Positions 13,900 to 27,289 of a DNA stretch of 64,000 bases are shown here, piece by piece. The DNA comes from Callorhinchus milii. Lineage: Eukaryota. The stretch lies in the NCBI RefSeq assembly GCF_018977255.1, contig NW_024704742.1, positions 91,886,001 to 91,950,000 on the forward strand, in the 5' to 3' direction. Made by a program: the position numbers and the translations under genes. How positions within the stretch are numbered: the first letter of the stretch is position 1; each line of letters begins with the position of its first letter. The notes under the pieces are model-generated. The model worked only from the letters and a program-made list of their open reading frames with translations, was not told where the DNA came from and made no database searches.

Positions 13900-16800
13900 A
13901 ACCATAAGATGTAGGAGTAGGCCATTCAGCCCCTCGAGCCTGCCCCACCATTTAATAAAATCATGGCTGATCTTCCAACCTAATTCCATTTACCCGCCCT
14001 ATCCCCATATCCCTTAATCCTTCTATCCTTTAGAAATCTATCAACCTCAGTTTTGAACATGTACAAGGACTGAGCATCCACAGTATTCTGGGTTAGAGAA
14101 TTCCACAAATTCACTACCCTCTGAATGAAGAAATGTTTCCTCAACTCAGTTCAAAAAGGCTGACCCTTAATCTTGAGACTATGACCCCTAGTTTTAGATT
14201 CTCCAACCAGTGGAAACAGTCTCACGGCATCTACCCTGTCAAGACCCTTAAGAATCTTATAGTTTTCTATAAGATCACCTTTAATTCTTCTATATTCTAG
14301 GTCAACCCCCTCATCCCAGGAACCAACCTAGTGGATCTATGCTGCACCCACTCTAAAGCGAGTATGTTCTTTCTTAAATAAGGAGACCAAAACTGCACAC
14401 AATATTCTACACTACCTCACCCCTCAGGCCACTGAAACTCTTGTTCATGCCTTCATCACCTCCAGGCTCGACTATGCAAACTCCCTGCTTGTCGACCTTC
14501 CCAACTCCTCCCTCCACAAACTGCAGATAATCCAGACCTCTGCAGCCCATGTCCTTTCCCGCACCAAATTCCGTGATCCCATCTCCCCAACTCTCGCCCA
14601 ACTCCATTGGCTCCCTATCCTTCAGAGGATCCAGTTCAAGATCCTGGTCCTCCCTCACCTACAAAGCCCTCCATGGCATCGCCCCACCCTACCTCTGCGA
14701 CCTCCTAACCCCCTACCAACCCGCCCGTTCCCTCCACTCAGCCGGCTCCAGCCTGCTCCACATCCTCCGACCCACCCGCCCCACCATTGGCGGGAGAGCC
14801 TTCAGCCACTCTGCCCCCAACCTCTGGATTTCCATCCCCCAGTCACTCCGCCTCGCCCCATCCTTAGCCTCCTTCAAGTCCCACCTCAAGATCCACCTCT
14901 TCGACCATGCCATCGGCCACCCCCCTTACCCTCCCTTCTCCCCCCTGACCCCAGCTCGGATCTGAAATGCTGTACACTGTCCAGCGCCTTGGGACGTCCT
15001 CCCGATTTGAAAGGCGCTATACAAATGTAATCATGTTGATGTAGGTGCGGTCTCACCAAGGCCTTATACAACTGCAGCAAGGCTTCCCTACTCTTGTACT
15101 CTAACCCTTTTGCAATGAACCACAACATGGCATTAGCCTTCCTAGTTGCTTACTGTACCTGCATACTAACATTTTGTGACTGATGTACAAGGACACCCAA
15201 ATCCCTCTGAACACTAAAACTACCTAGTCTCTCCCCTCTAGAAAATAATCCGCTTTTCTATTTTTATTACCTAGATGAATAACTTCACACTTCCCCACGT
15301 TATACTCCACCTGCCACCTTCTTGCCCACTCATCTACCTGTCTATTGCCCTTTGCATTCTTCATGCATCATCCTCACAGATTACTCTCCCACCTATCTTC
15401 GTATCATCTGCAAATTTAGATATGTTAAGTTTTATTTCCTCATCTAAATCATTGATATAGACTGTAAATAATTGAGGCCCAAGCGCTGATCCTTGTGGCA
15501 CTCCACTTGTCACATCCTGCCAATCTGAGAAGGACCCGTTTATCCTTATTCTGTTTTCTTCCTGTTAGCCACTCTCCAATCCATGCTAATATATTACCTT
15601 TAATTCCATGGGCTGTAATCTTATGCAACAGCCTTTTATGTGGCACGTTGTCGAATGCCTTCTGGAAATCCAAATACACCATATCTACTGGTTCCCCCCC
15701 ATCTAACCTGCAAATTACATCCTCAAAAAACTTGAAAAGATTTGTTAAACATGATTTCCCTTTCGTAAAGCCATGATTTCCCTTTCATAAAGCCTAATCA
15801 TGTTATGCTTTTCTAAGTGCCCCACGACAATGTCCCTAATTAAGGACTCTACAATTTTCCCTACCTCCGATGTCAAACTAATTGGTCAATAGTTCCCCAT
15901 TTTTTCTCTCACACCCGCCTTAAATAGCGACGTTACGTTTGCGACCTTCCAGTCACTGGGAACCATTCCAGAATCCAGGGAATTTTGGAAGATCAAGAAC
16001 AAAGCATCCACTATCTCTGCAGCCACCTCCTTTAAAACCCTAGGATGCAGGCCATCAGGTCCAGGGGATTTGTCGGTTTTTAATCCAATTGATTTCTCTA
16101 GTACTATTGCTTTACTGATGTTCATTTATTTAAGTTCCTCACTAACATTAACCTCTATTTTAGGTAAGTTTTCAGTGTCTTCTAATATGAAGACAGAAGC
16201 AAAATATTTGTTTAATGACTGCCATTTCTTTATTCCCCATTATAATTTCTCCTGTGTCTGCCTGCAATTAACCCTCATTCACTTTTGATAGTCTCTTCCT
16301 CTTTATGTACTTGTAAAAACTCTTATAATCTGTCTGTATCTCTAGCTAGTTTACCCACATATTCCATTTTCTCCCTCTTAATCAGTTTCTTGGTTTTCCT
16401 TTCATGTTCTCTAAAGCCTTCCTAATTCTCAGGTTTACTGCTCTTTTTGGCAGTATTATAGGCCTTGTATTTTAATTTTATACTTTCCCTAACTTCTCTA
16501 GTTAGCCAAGTTTGAACCACTTTTCCCATGGTATTTTTATTTCTCAAGGAATATATGATCGCTGGGAATTATGTATTATATCTTTAAATATTTTGATTGC
16601 TGGTCTACTATCATTTTTTAATCTAATTTCCCAGTCTATTTTAGCCAAATCTTCTCTCATAGCTGCAAAGTTGGCTTTATTTAGATTTAAGACCCTTGCT
16701 TCGGATTCAACTATATCACTCTCTAACTTAATGTTAATTTCCATTATGTTATGGTCACTCTGCCCTAGAGGAGCCTTAACTTCCAGATTGCTGATTAGCC

Positions 16801-18660
16801 GTTTCGTTACACAAAACAAGATCTAGGATAGCCTGTTCCCTGGTAAGTTCCTCAGCATACTGTTCTAGAAAACTATCTCTAATGCATTCTACAAACTCAT
16901 CCTCTAATTTACCTTTGCCAATTTGGTTTTCCCAGTCTATATGAAGATTGAAATCACACACTATTAGTGCATTCCCCTTGTTACATGCTCCTCTAATATC
17001 CTGATTAGTACTCTGCCGAATACTGTAACTGTTGTTTGGGGTCTATAAACTTCTCCCACTAGTGTTTTCTGCCCCTTGTTGTTTATGACCTCCACCCATA
17101 CTGACTCTACATCCTGATTTTCGGATTTAAAATCCTTCCTCTCTACTGTTTTTATCTCATGCTTTATTAGCAGGGCTACCCCCCCATCTCGTTTTCCACA
17201 TTGCCTATCTTTCCTATGTCAAATACCCCAGAATGTTTAGCTCCCACCCTCCCTGTAACCATGTCTCAGTAATAGCCACTAAATCGTACCCATTTATCTC
17301 TATTAGTGCACTTAATTTGTCTATCTTGTTACGAATGCTTCGTGCATTCAGATATAACGCATTTAAGTTTAAATTCTTACTATTTCCCTTATTCGTTAAT
17401 GCCCTATTTCCTTTGTTGAGCTTTTGTCCCTACTTGACACACTCTGTTCTTTATCTCGCAAGTCGCTGCTCTGCTCTACAGCCATGACTGTTCCTTGCAA
17501 TGTCGGTTTACGTTTCACTGTAGTTGTAAATCTCCCTCCCCCACCTTAATAGTTTAAAGCTCTGCCTATCTCCCCATTTAATCATTTTGCCAGGATATTG
17601 GTCCCAGCCCGGTTAAGTAGAACCTATCTCGATGGAACAGCTCCCTTTTCCCCAATACAGGTGACAGTGGCCCATAAAACAAAAACCCCTGCCTCCCGCA
17701 CCACTCTTTCGGCCATGCATTTAACTCCTTAATTTATTTGTCCTTGTACCAATTTGCACATGGCTCAAGTAGTAAACCAAAGATTATGACCTTAGAAGTT
17801 CTTCCTATTAATTTTATTCCCAGTTCATTGAATTTACTCCTCAGGTCGTCACTACTAGTTCTACTTATATTGTTGGTTGCTATGTGGATCATCACAGTTG
17901 GATCATCCCCTTCCTGCTTCAAATTCTTCTGTAGCCCTAAAGAGATGTCCTTAACCCTGGCTCCAGGAAGGCAACAGAGCCTTCGTGACTCGTGGTTGCA
18001 GCTGCAGAGAAGAGTGTCTGTCCGGCTGACTGTCTCGTCCCTTATCACAACCACATTCCGTTTTGCTCCCCACACTTGTATGGCCTCCTGTATAGAGGTG
18101 TTGGGGTCAGTTTGCCCATCTTCCTCCTTACAGACTTCCTTGTCCACACAGGTTGCAAGTACTTCGTACCTGTTGGACAAGGTTAAAGCCTGAGGCTTCT
18201 CCACCACTCTCTGGGGTCCCCTTGCCTACCTGACTGTCAGTCACACTGTCCTGTCCCTGACTAGTAGCAGTATCCATACATTTACTGAGCCTCAGGGGAG
18301 TGATTGTCTCCTGGACAAAACTACCCAGGAAGCTCTCACCTTCCCTTATGCTGCGCAATGTCTGCACCTCGGATTCCAGCTCAGCGCCTCTAAGCTGGAG
18401 CTTCCTCAGTTGCAGACACTTGCTGCAGATGTAGTCGCCCCGGCTCAGGCTGCCCTGCATCAACTCCCATATACTGCAGTCATCGTACAACACCTGCCAT
18501 GCTATTCTCTCCTTTCTTTCTCACTCTGTATTATGGTTTTTATTTCAAGTTTTCTTTTAGTTTTTTTTTAGTTCTTTTAGGTTTTTTTCTGGTTCTGTTG
18601 TTTGAGTGTGACGTCACGTTGATGTCACTTGTCGTTGTTCTGCAGATGCTCCACTCTGCC
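13900..18660 (-). mobile_element. Near full-length, inactivated CR1 LINE (ORF1 zinc finger/leucine zipper + esterase; ORF2 APE + RT)
   Basis: ORF1 remnants CSKCLQLRKLQLRGAELESEV, LSNRYEVL, CCLPGARVKD, MIHIATNN (17734-18493). APE start LYLNARSIRNK...AITETWL (~17250-17370). RT motifs KSPGPDGLHPRVLKE, YLDFQKAFD, LYKALVRPHL. CR1 3' UTR near 13900. Multiple frameshifts and deletions. Confidence 0.9.
14410..15040 (+). mobile_element. L2 LINE 3' fragment nested in the CR1
   Basis: Interrupts CR1 aatattcta|ggtgcggtctcacc. Encodes GGRAFSHSAPNLW...FKSHLKIHLF and ends with tail aaggcgctatacaaatgtaatcatgttg. Confidence 0.9.
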
Positions 18661-19159
18661 CTCCGAAACCGAATTAACAAATTTAGAATTCGCACTTCTC
18701 AAAATAAATTTAAATAAATAAATTTAAAACATGTAAAACAAGCATATGTTTTGGCAACATCCCAAAGCCTTAAATTAAGTTGGAGTCGTAATACATAAAA
18801 TGTTGGCACTCACAGTTTGAGCAGGGGAACAAGCTGACCGCTTTTTGTCATAATTCCCTCCAAGGTGCAACTCTCCTGCCTGCTCAAACACATAGTGTTT
18901 TATCCTCTTGTCCCCTTGTACTCTCACAAAATACACGTTCTTACCGACCATGAGTTTTCATGCAAATCAGGCCCCCTTCAGACAACTACATCCTTTAACT
19001 GAGACAGTGAGACGGTTCCTGCTACTTGTGGGGTGTAAATGAGATACCACCCATACATGAAGGCAACATTCTAATAGACATTGAGTCTCCATTCAAACCA
19101 GTATTCAATCGAATTTGCAGATTCCCTGGTCACGATGTCACCTTTGCCACATTTGTGTT

Positions 19160-19411
19160 TCTCCTCTGTATATGCGTGTGTGGGTGTGTCTCTCTCCTCT
19201 CTGGGTGTGTGTGTGTGTCGGTGTCTGTGTGTCTCCCTCTGTGTCTGTGTGTCTCTCTATGTTCTCTCTGTGTCTGCGTGTCTCTCTGTGTCTGTGTGTA
19301 TGGGTGTGTCTCTCTGTGTCTGTGTGTGTCTGTCTGTGAGTGTGTGTCTCTTTCTGGGTTTCTTGTCTGTGTGCAGTGGTGGGCCCTGAGAGGCAGGAGG
19401 TGGTGACCTCC
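19160..19411 (+). repeat. Compound (GT/CT)n microsatellite with conserved 3' flank
   Basis: ~210-nt mixed tract followed by gcagtggtgggccctgagaggcaggaggtggtgacctcct. Confidence 0.8.
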
Positions 19412-19496
19412 TGCAGCCCCACAATTTCTGGAGATATGAGCGAGCAATGCTGTTTTTTGGTGGATCTCCAGGCCCTTCGGTCCTGCGCTGGTGTCC

Positions 19497-19813
19497 TGCG
19501 CTTCACAGGATATACTGTAAAGTGAATTGATTGTATATTTTGTGGGCAGCCAATTGCACACAGCAGTGTCCCACAAACAGTCGTGGATTGAGTGACCAAA
19601 TTATTCTATTTAAGAAAAAAATGATTTGTAAGGAATTACTCACCCCCGGAAAGCGTTCTGCCAATCAACTAACAACTAGGTTCCTACTTACTGCTAGGTA
19701 AACTGATGCATGTGGAATAAGAAAACCTGCCCAACATTTCGCCCTGCCTCAAATCGAACCCAGATCCTCTCACTTTCGAGGCGAGTGTTCGAACCACTGG
19801 GCTACAGGATTCC
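19497..19813 (-). mobile_element. tRNA-derived SINE, long subfamily (3'-truncated)
   Basis: tRNA head (gaaccactgggctacaggattcc on +). Extra central block ggttcctacttactgctaggtaaac shared with 40798-41180. Confidence 0.8.
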
Positions 19814-19814
19814 A

Positions 19815-20150
19815 GTCTTGAGAGAAGATGACGCAGAGGGGACCTCAAAGAGTGTACAAAATGTTAAATGGGATTGAAAAAGTAAACCAAGGTCAATACT
19901 TTAGGATGTATCATAACAATAGAACAAGAGGACATAGGTTTACAGTTGTAAAGGGTAATTTCAGGACAGACACCAGGCAGTTTTTCTTTCTGCAGAGGGT
20001 TCTTTCTAGAACAGATTGCCAGGTAACGTGGTAAAGGCCAAGTCTCTAGGCTCATTTAAAAATCAGCTTCATACAGTGATGGGTGTTCTGGAGAAATGAG
20101 ATCAGATGAGCCAAAGGGTCTTCTTCATCCAGACCAACCTTGTGACTTGT
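19815..20150 (+). mobile_element. Old CR1 LINE 3' fragment
   Basis: Translates to VYKMLNG...RTRGHRF...FRTD...FFLQRV, the CR1 ORF2 C-terminus. Confidence 0.7.
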
Positions 20151-21387
20151 GAAATTTAACATTGCTTCCCAACTTTTATATTCTATTCCTCTAGGCATAA
20201 AGCCAAGGACTTTATTTGCTCCCCTGTGCTGCTTTCTGTGAATGTGGAAAGCGCAATATGCGAATGTGCCAGATGTTAATCCTGTTTTATCCTGTTGTTG
20301 ACATGTGGATGTATGTGTGCTCCGAGGTTCTCCATCAGATTATGAGTTGGCCAGTTAAGGTTTTGTATTGATCAGCAGTGTCTGCAAACAGACTGTAGAA
20401 TTTAGTATATCCTGAATATGAGAGGTGACACAAGTTTTAGGCCTCAGAAAGCATAATAGGTTAAAATTCTGAGGCTTTTATAAAAATAAGTACCAGCTGT
20501 GTGTGAATTTACTCTCTAAACAAGTAAATACAGCAACTGGTTAGCTCAGTCTCTTGAGGTGAAGAGCTCAGGAATTATCACTAATTGTTCAAATTAGACC
20601 TCTATTCTTGAAACTGTATATAAGAATAAACATCTTTTGTTCTGGTAGCTCTTAACGTGATCCTGTTTGAAGTATAGATACAGCAGCCACAAGTCAGATT
20701 TTTTATGAACACTCTTACAGTTATGAAAGAATATGTATTCTGTTCCACTATTGTAATGACTGAACGTTTGTAGGACTTTTTCAATATACTGTGCTATGCA
20801 ATTGATACAAAGCCTTTATTGCTTTTGAAGTCCTTAGATCACAGAAACATCAAAGCAGGTCACTAAAATGTTGCTTTGGACACTTGAGAGGATATAAACT
20901 GGGGTCCGACCAGTGGAAACTTCATATGTAAGTTATTGTGTGAGCAGCACAAAGGCTCCATGTTCTGGTTGTAAGCTTACATGGCAGCCACACAGCTATA
21001 ATTCAACAATCTCTAACTTAGGGGGAGAAGAAGGGTTTTCCAAGGAAGACAAATTCACTAAATTATGAAGGAAACTCCTAAAAGTAGTGTTCAGTTAGAC
21101 TCAAGGATAAGTTACTATTGATAATAATCCTTGCATTTGATATAGCGCCTTATCACTTCGCTGGGAAGTCTCAAAGAGCTTCAGAGAATATACTGTCAAG
21201 TGAATTGACTGTATATTTTGTGGGTGAATAAATTAATTAATTGAGAATGTTTTATAGTGTATTTTTTTCTGTGGTTATTCATATCTTCTACAGCTTTGTT
21301 TACTATATCTGGTATTGATTATTAGAAAATTACTCGTCTGGTACCATCGAGCAAAACTGTATTACTTCTACAATTTGAACAAATACA

Positions 21388-21720
21388 ATTCTTGCATTTA
21401 ATGTAGAGTCTTATCACATCGGCAAAACATCTCAAAGCACTTCACAGGATACACTGTAAAGTGGTGTGATTGTGTATATTTTGTGGGCGAACACAGCAGG
21501 CATTTGCACACAGCAATGTCTCACAGGCAGCAAACGAGTGAGTGATCAATTTAATTTGGGGATTGTTGCCCTGTACACCAGGAGAAACTCCCTTCTCTTT
21601 TCAAATAACATTATGGGATCTTTAATGTCCACCTGGACAGGCTGACAGGACCTCAGTTTAACATCCCATCTGAAGTACAGCACCTCCAACAACGCAGCAC
21701 TTTCCCAGCACTGTATTGGA
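21388..21720 (-). mobile_element. Deu-domain SINE (SacSINE1/AmnSINE1-like), degraded
   Basis: gggatctttaatgtccacctg...cctcagtttaacatcccatctgaa...cagcacctccaacaacgcagcact resembles the recalled Deu domain, joined to the same SINE tail as the younger family. Confidence 0.65.
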
Positions 21721-21724
21721 TCGT

Positions 21725-22010
21725 AACCCACCCTCCCCACCATTGGCGGGAGAGCCTTCAGCCACTCTGCCCCCAACCTCTGGAATTCCATTCCCCAATC
21801 ACTCCGCCTCGCCCCCTCCTTAGCCTCCTTCAAGTCCCACCTCAAGACCCTCCTCTTCGACCATGCCATCGGCCACCCCCCTTCCCCTCCCTTCTCCACC
21901 CCCACCACCACCCGACCCCAGCTCAGGTCTGAAATGCTGTACACTGTCCAGTGCCTTGGGACGTTCTCCTGACGTGAAAGGCACTATACAAATGTAATCT
22001 TGTTGTTGTT
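21725..22010 (+). mobile_element. L2 LINE 3' fragment (young)
   Basis: Nearly identical to 14775-15040; ends aaggcactatacaaatgtaatcttgttgttgtt. Confidence 0.85.
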
Positions 22011-22799
22011 GGGGATATGCTGGATGGATTCCAAGTTACACCGTGGAGGCTTGAACAACCTTCTAACTCAGAGGCAAGAGCCAGGCTGACAGACTTCTAG
22101 TAGCAAATTACTTCAAATAGGATTAGCTCTCACATATGCAGCCTTGTAATGTCAGGTATAGAAAGAGAATAGCTTCCTTTATTGTAGAAGATATAGGAAT
22201 GTAAGAAAGGGAGAAGACAATTTGGTCAGTCAAGCCTGCTCAGTTATTTCCCTTAATACCCATATTTCCCAAGTATCTATCTATTTCCCTTTTAAACCCT
22301 TCAGTTAACTATGCATTTACGACCTGCTGGGGCAATGCATTCCACATTTTTACAACCCTTTGTGTTAAGAAATGTTTCCAGGGTTCACCTTGAACTAGCT
22401 TAGCTTTAATTTTTAACATTTTGCCCTATCGAGAAGGATTTATCCAGCAGATGACCCCAAGCACAGTCCCTGTTTATTTACCTTGTTAATTTCATTTACT
22501 GTATTATTTAAACACTGCACACTCCACTGTTGAGGAGGTTATTTAATACATAGCACATTGAGGCTTGTGAGATAACCTGGTGGTGAATGGATGCACATAG
22601 GCAACTACAAGGAGGACGATGAAAAAGAAAATTCTCAAGCTCTCTAGAGGGGCTGAAATGAAGAAGGATTGATGAAAAAAATTGATTTCATCCTTCCAAA
22701 TTAACAACCCTACCATCTACCTATTGCAATATTAAGAGGTTCCTTAAATGAGCCCAATCTTATCACCTCAACCACGCTAACACTCTGTTATACAGCATA

Positions 22800-23020
22800 C
22801 AATGACAGGATCCCAGGAGAAGTTTTTTTCTCTTTCAATTAGTGTCCTAGGATCTTTAATGTCCATCTGAATAGCTAGATCGAACATCAGTTTAACATCT
22901 TATTCAAAGGACAGCACCACAAACAATGCAGCACACTGTCCGCACTGCACTGGAGTGTCAGCCTGGACTATGATTTCAAAGCCCCAACGTAGAGCTTGAA
23001 CTCACAACCTTCTCACTTTT
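22800..23020 (-). mobile_element. Deu-domain SINE fragment with degraded tRNA head
   Basis: ggatctttaatgtccatctg...gtttaacatcttattcaaaggacagcacc...gcactgcactggagtgtcagcct...ttgaactcacaaccttct. Confidence 0.6.
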
Positions 23021-23182
23021 AGCCTTTTGGCAATGTGCAGACAATTATATCACTCAACAAGGCAAACTCCTATTGTTTTGTTAGTAGAATTTAAACAACA
23101 ATATCAGAAGATGAAATTATATCTGACATATAAAAATGATAATAAAATAGTAATCTTTGCAATTGATACAGCACCTTATAAC

Positions 23183-24408
23183 GTCTACCTCTCTGCCCAG
23201 AATGTCTGTCGGACATCAAGTCCTGGATGAGAGCTAATTTTCTTCAGTTGAACGTCAACAAGACTGAGGCCCTCCTGATTGACTCCCGTCAGTGCCTCCA
23301 CACCTCAGGCACTGACAGCATCACCATCCATGGATGCACACTCCACCTCACTGAGCCAGTCCAGAACCTTGGGGTCTTTTTGACCCTCAACTATTCTTTC
23401 TACCCCACATCTGCGCCATGACCCGCTCTGCCTTCCCCCACCTCCGCAATGTCACCCGGCTCTGTCTCACACCGCAAGCCTCCAAAACCCACATACTTAC
23501 TTTCATTATATCTAGGCTCAACTATGCAAACTCACTGCTTGTCGGCCTCCCCAACTCCTTCCTCCACAGGATGCAGATCATCCAGAACTCTGCAGCCTGT
23601 GTCTTCTCCTGCATTAGGCTCCGCGACCCTATCACCCCCATCTTTGCCCAACTCCACTGGCTTTCCATCACACAGTGGATACAGTTCAAGATCCTGGTCC
23701 TCACCTTCAAAGCCCTCCACGATTCAAAGCCCCCCCTATCTCTCCAACTCCCTACCACCCTGTTTGCTCCCTCCGCTCAGCGGGCTCCAGCCTGCTTCAC
23801 ATCCCCTGCCTTGCTCACCCCACTATCGGCAGGCTGGCCTTCCGCCACTCTGCACCCGCCCTCTGGAACTCCATCCCACAGTCCCTCCATCTCACCCCCT
23901 CCCTCGCTACCTTCAAGACCCACCTCAAGACCCTCCTCTTTGACCGTGCTTTTGATCTCCCTGCTTCTCCCTCTGCCCTCCGCCCTCCCCCACCCCCAGC
24001 TCGAGTCATATAGCTCAGTGGTTAGAGCACTTGCCTTGCAAGTGAGACACCAGGGTTTAATTCCAGGCAGGGCGAAACCTTGGGCAAGTTTCCTTACTCC
24101 ACACGCCTAATAATAATCCCTCCAAAAAACAAAACCAATAATAAATTGGTCATTTTCAATCCATAACTGTTTGTGGGACACTGCTCCGCGCAATTGGCTG
24201 TCGCGTTTCACCCACAAATATACAGTCAATTCACTTTACAGAGAATTCTGTGAAGTGCTTTGAGACGTCAAGAAGACGTGAAAAATGTTATATCAAATGC
24301 AAGGATTATTATTATTAGTATTATTATAACTCTGTCTGTCCAGTACCTTGGGACGTCCTCCCGACGTGAAAGGCGCTATACAAATGTAATTTTGTTGTTG
24401 TTGTTATT
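23183..24408 (+). mobile_element. L2 LINE 3' portion, interrupted by a SINE
   Basis: NFLQLNVNKTE, SRLNYANSLL, LHWLSITQWIQFKIL, FKTHLKTLLF. The tail resumes at ~24329 after the SINE. Confidence 0.9.
24003..24327 (+). mobile_element. tRNA-derived SINE nested in an L2 3' UTR
   Basis: gagtcatatagctcagtggttagagc head ... atcaaatgcaaggattattattatt tail. Confidence 0.9.
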
Positions 24409-25675
24409 GTCTTCAAGACATCTCAAAACACTTCATAGAATATGCTGTAAAGTGAATTGATTGTATATTTTGTGGAAGAAAATCAGAGAAATGTGAACTT
24501 CAGTGATCTGCAAGTAACACATTGGCCACTGGTCACTGGACGTTGGTCAGATTTAGAGTAATTAAAAGTTGTGTAAAGATGGGAGTTGTTTCAGAATGGT
24601 CTGAAAATCTCCAAACTAAAAGTATAGCGAAATAACCCAGGATGAGGTCAGTTAGCAGAAGACTGATGAGCAGGCATGTAAGGTCACAAAGCATGAAACC
24701 AAGTTATTTGGGGAAAGAGGATTTAAAAGTTCCTTAACATGTCCTTTAGGTACTGTGAAAGGCATCAACTCATGGTTCGCACAAATTGGATACACATTTT
24801 TTAATGAATGTATCTTTAAAAAGGCAATAATTATGGAAATATGGTACAATGGTGACCTTAGCAAAAATAATGAGGTGAAAACATGTTGACATAAGGGACA
24901 GAAAGCAAGTTCTCTCTTCCTTGTTTCTCTCTAGGGGCTGCAAGTCATTCTTCACTCCTATTGCTGGCAAGGTTTACGCAGCATGTCACATTAAATAAAG
25001 TAACAATGCAGCTCCATCTGGTTTCACTACAACTCCAGTAATTAAATCCCACTGAATCACACAACGTTTCTCTGTCAGTTCATGTCACAATGTTGCATTC
25101 ATTTAATTGTCTGTGATGAACCCCCTCCCCCCAAACATACAAATATATACACTTGCATGTAACCAAGCATTGTATTAGTCCACAACAAAATACTCTTAAT
25201 TACTTGAATTGGGAAAATAATGGTCAGTGACGGGGAGCGTTATTTTACCTTTTTCAGTCTATAACTGTCTAATCCTAGCTCAGTGCCTTTGCCACAGCAA
25301 GCCAGCAAGTTGCAATCACCATTAAACTATACCTGAAACTACGAATGATAGTGAACAGCATAAGACCGCTTCAAATTACCATCACACAAGGAATTTGGAT
25401 TGCAGAGACTATTACTTTGAAAATCTCCAGACTCTCAATGATGTACAGTAAGAAGACAATATGGAATTAATATTCTTTAAGATTTTTTATTAACGATTGA
25501 TTCTGTTGGCTATTTGTCCTCTTAATTTATAGAAAACTGCTTCTGTAATGTATTTTTTAACTCTTGTACTCACATTAGAACTACATTTATTTTCCTCCAT
25601 TTGTGGGTACACTTATATAATGTGCATAATGATCTGCAGGTCTTGCTTTTTAATCCCATGTAGGTATGAGTTAGA

Positions 25676-25919
25676 TCCAGGCAGGGCGAAACCTTGGGCA
25701 AGTTTCCTTACTCCACACGCCTAATAATAATCCCTCCAAAAAACCCAAAACAATAATTAAATTGGTCATTTTCAATCTACGACTGTTTGTGGGACATTGC
25801 TGTGCACAATTGGCTGCCGCGTTCGCCCACAAATATACAGTCAATTCACTTTACAGTGTGTTCTGTGAAGCGCTTTGGGACGTCCTCCCAACGTGAAAAG
25901 CGCTATATCAAATGCAAGG

Positions 25920-25958
<39 letters not shown>
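25676..25958 (+). mobile_element. 5'-truncated SINE with expanded (TAT)n tail
   Basis: Starts tccaggcagggcgaaaccttgggcaag; tail of about 13 TAT/TTA units at 25920-25958. Confidence 0.9.
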
Positions 25959-25961
<3 letters not shown>

Positions 25962-27289
25962 TGAATAGTATTGCTTGCAACATTCCTTGTATTTGTTGAT
26001 CACACTTTGCTGTCTTTGTTCATCCTCTATCTAATCCTATCTAGAATCATGCAGGTTAAAGCTATGTATCCTTCACTGTTTATTTTTGCTTTTGTTTCAA
26101 ACCGAGAATGAGGACTGTTTTCAGTTCACGTTTTCCTTTTTTTTTGGTCAGATTGATGCCTGACACGTGCAGAAACCCATCAACGTGCTCAAGAGTATCC
26201 ACGCCAAACTAAGAATTCCATACAACCCACCTACACGTGGAAAATCCTGAGATATTTATTGGAATGGAATGTGAACTTTCACTCCGAAGGGATTCATCCT
26301 GTTTATCTAATTCCGGAGAGTATTAGGCGCAGGTAGGCAAGCCCCAAGGCTTGGGGACCTCAGAGTGTGCGTTGGGAAACTGCTGCAATCTAAACCCGCA
26401 TAGCTTGTCATTGAGAGCACTGTCTGGCAAGGTTTCCCGCTGCTTGGACCACCCTACCCGTTAGGGCTTTGGCTTGCAGGATTAATTGAAACTGATTTGG
26501 AAGAATCCCTACCCCCACAGCCCTTCCAAGTCCTGCTGATAAGACAGGCTGGCTGTTCTGTCATTAGCAGTCCAGTGAAATACTGTGGACCCACTTGACC
26601 CAGGAACCGGACTATCGAGACAGCAACACAGGACTGGCTCGATTCTGACATTCCGTTGCCAATCATGTCACCTTGGAGCCAGTTCAGCTCCAATGAGACT
26701 CCTCTTCTTCTCTTACCATTTCTTTGGGGAGGGCATGGAGAGGGGGAAGGTCATAGATTTTTTTCTCATGTCTTATGGAGTACTTGTAGCTTTCTGTATT
26801 CCGGTACCTGTTTGATCTACCTTTGACTTTCAAAGCAATACTTTTAGAATGGAATGGCCAGCAGTTTATCATTCCCTTTCAGACATCTAGCATCAGACTA
26901 CCACATGAGCAAGGATGGTAACATAAATCATTTCCATAAACATGTATGGTTGTTCCAATGATGTTAAGACAACAGCACAAGATTGGTTCAGATAAAGAAG
27001 GCCCTTTGGCCAATTTGATCTCATCCTTCCAGAATACCCAGCCTATCATCCCCCTCTTACAGTACCAAACTTGCTCTTATATAAGCTAGCTTGCTGACCT
27101 CAACTCCCATCCCCAGTAACCCATTCCAATTGTTAATTACTCTTTGAATAAAAACTTCCTGAAATTGCCCTTTGCCACTCTGAATCTGTGACCTTGGGTT
27201 TACTTTCTTAATACCCTCTAGAATGTCTGTTTTGAAGGCTAAAGAGTCCTAATTTGTCTGTTGCTCATTGCTCATTCCTCTGACACTTG

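Noticed and set aside
19026..19599. Cys/Val-rich and His/Thr-rich ORFs (also 12683-13081)
   Set aside because: Translation artefacts of GT/CT microsatellites.
25787..25999. ORF with a poly-Tyr run
   Set aside because: SINE body plus (TAT)n tail.
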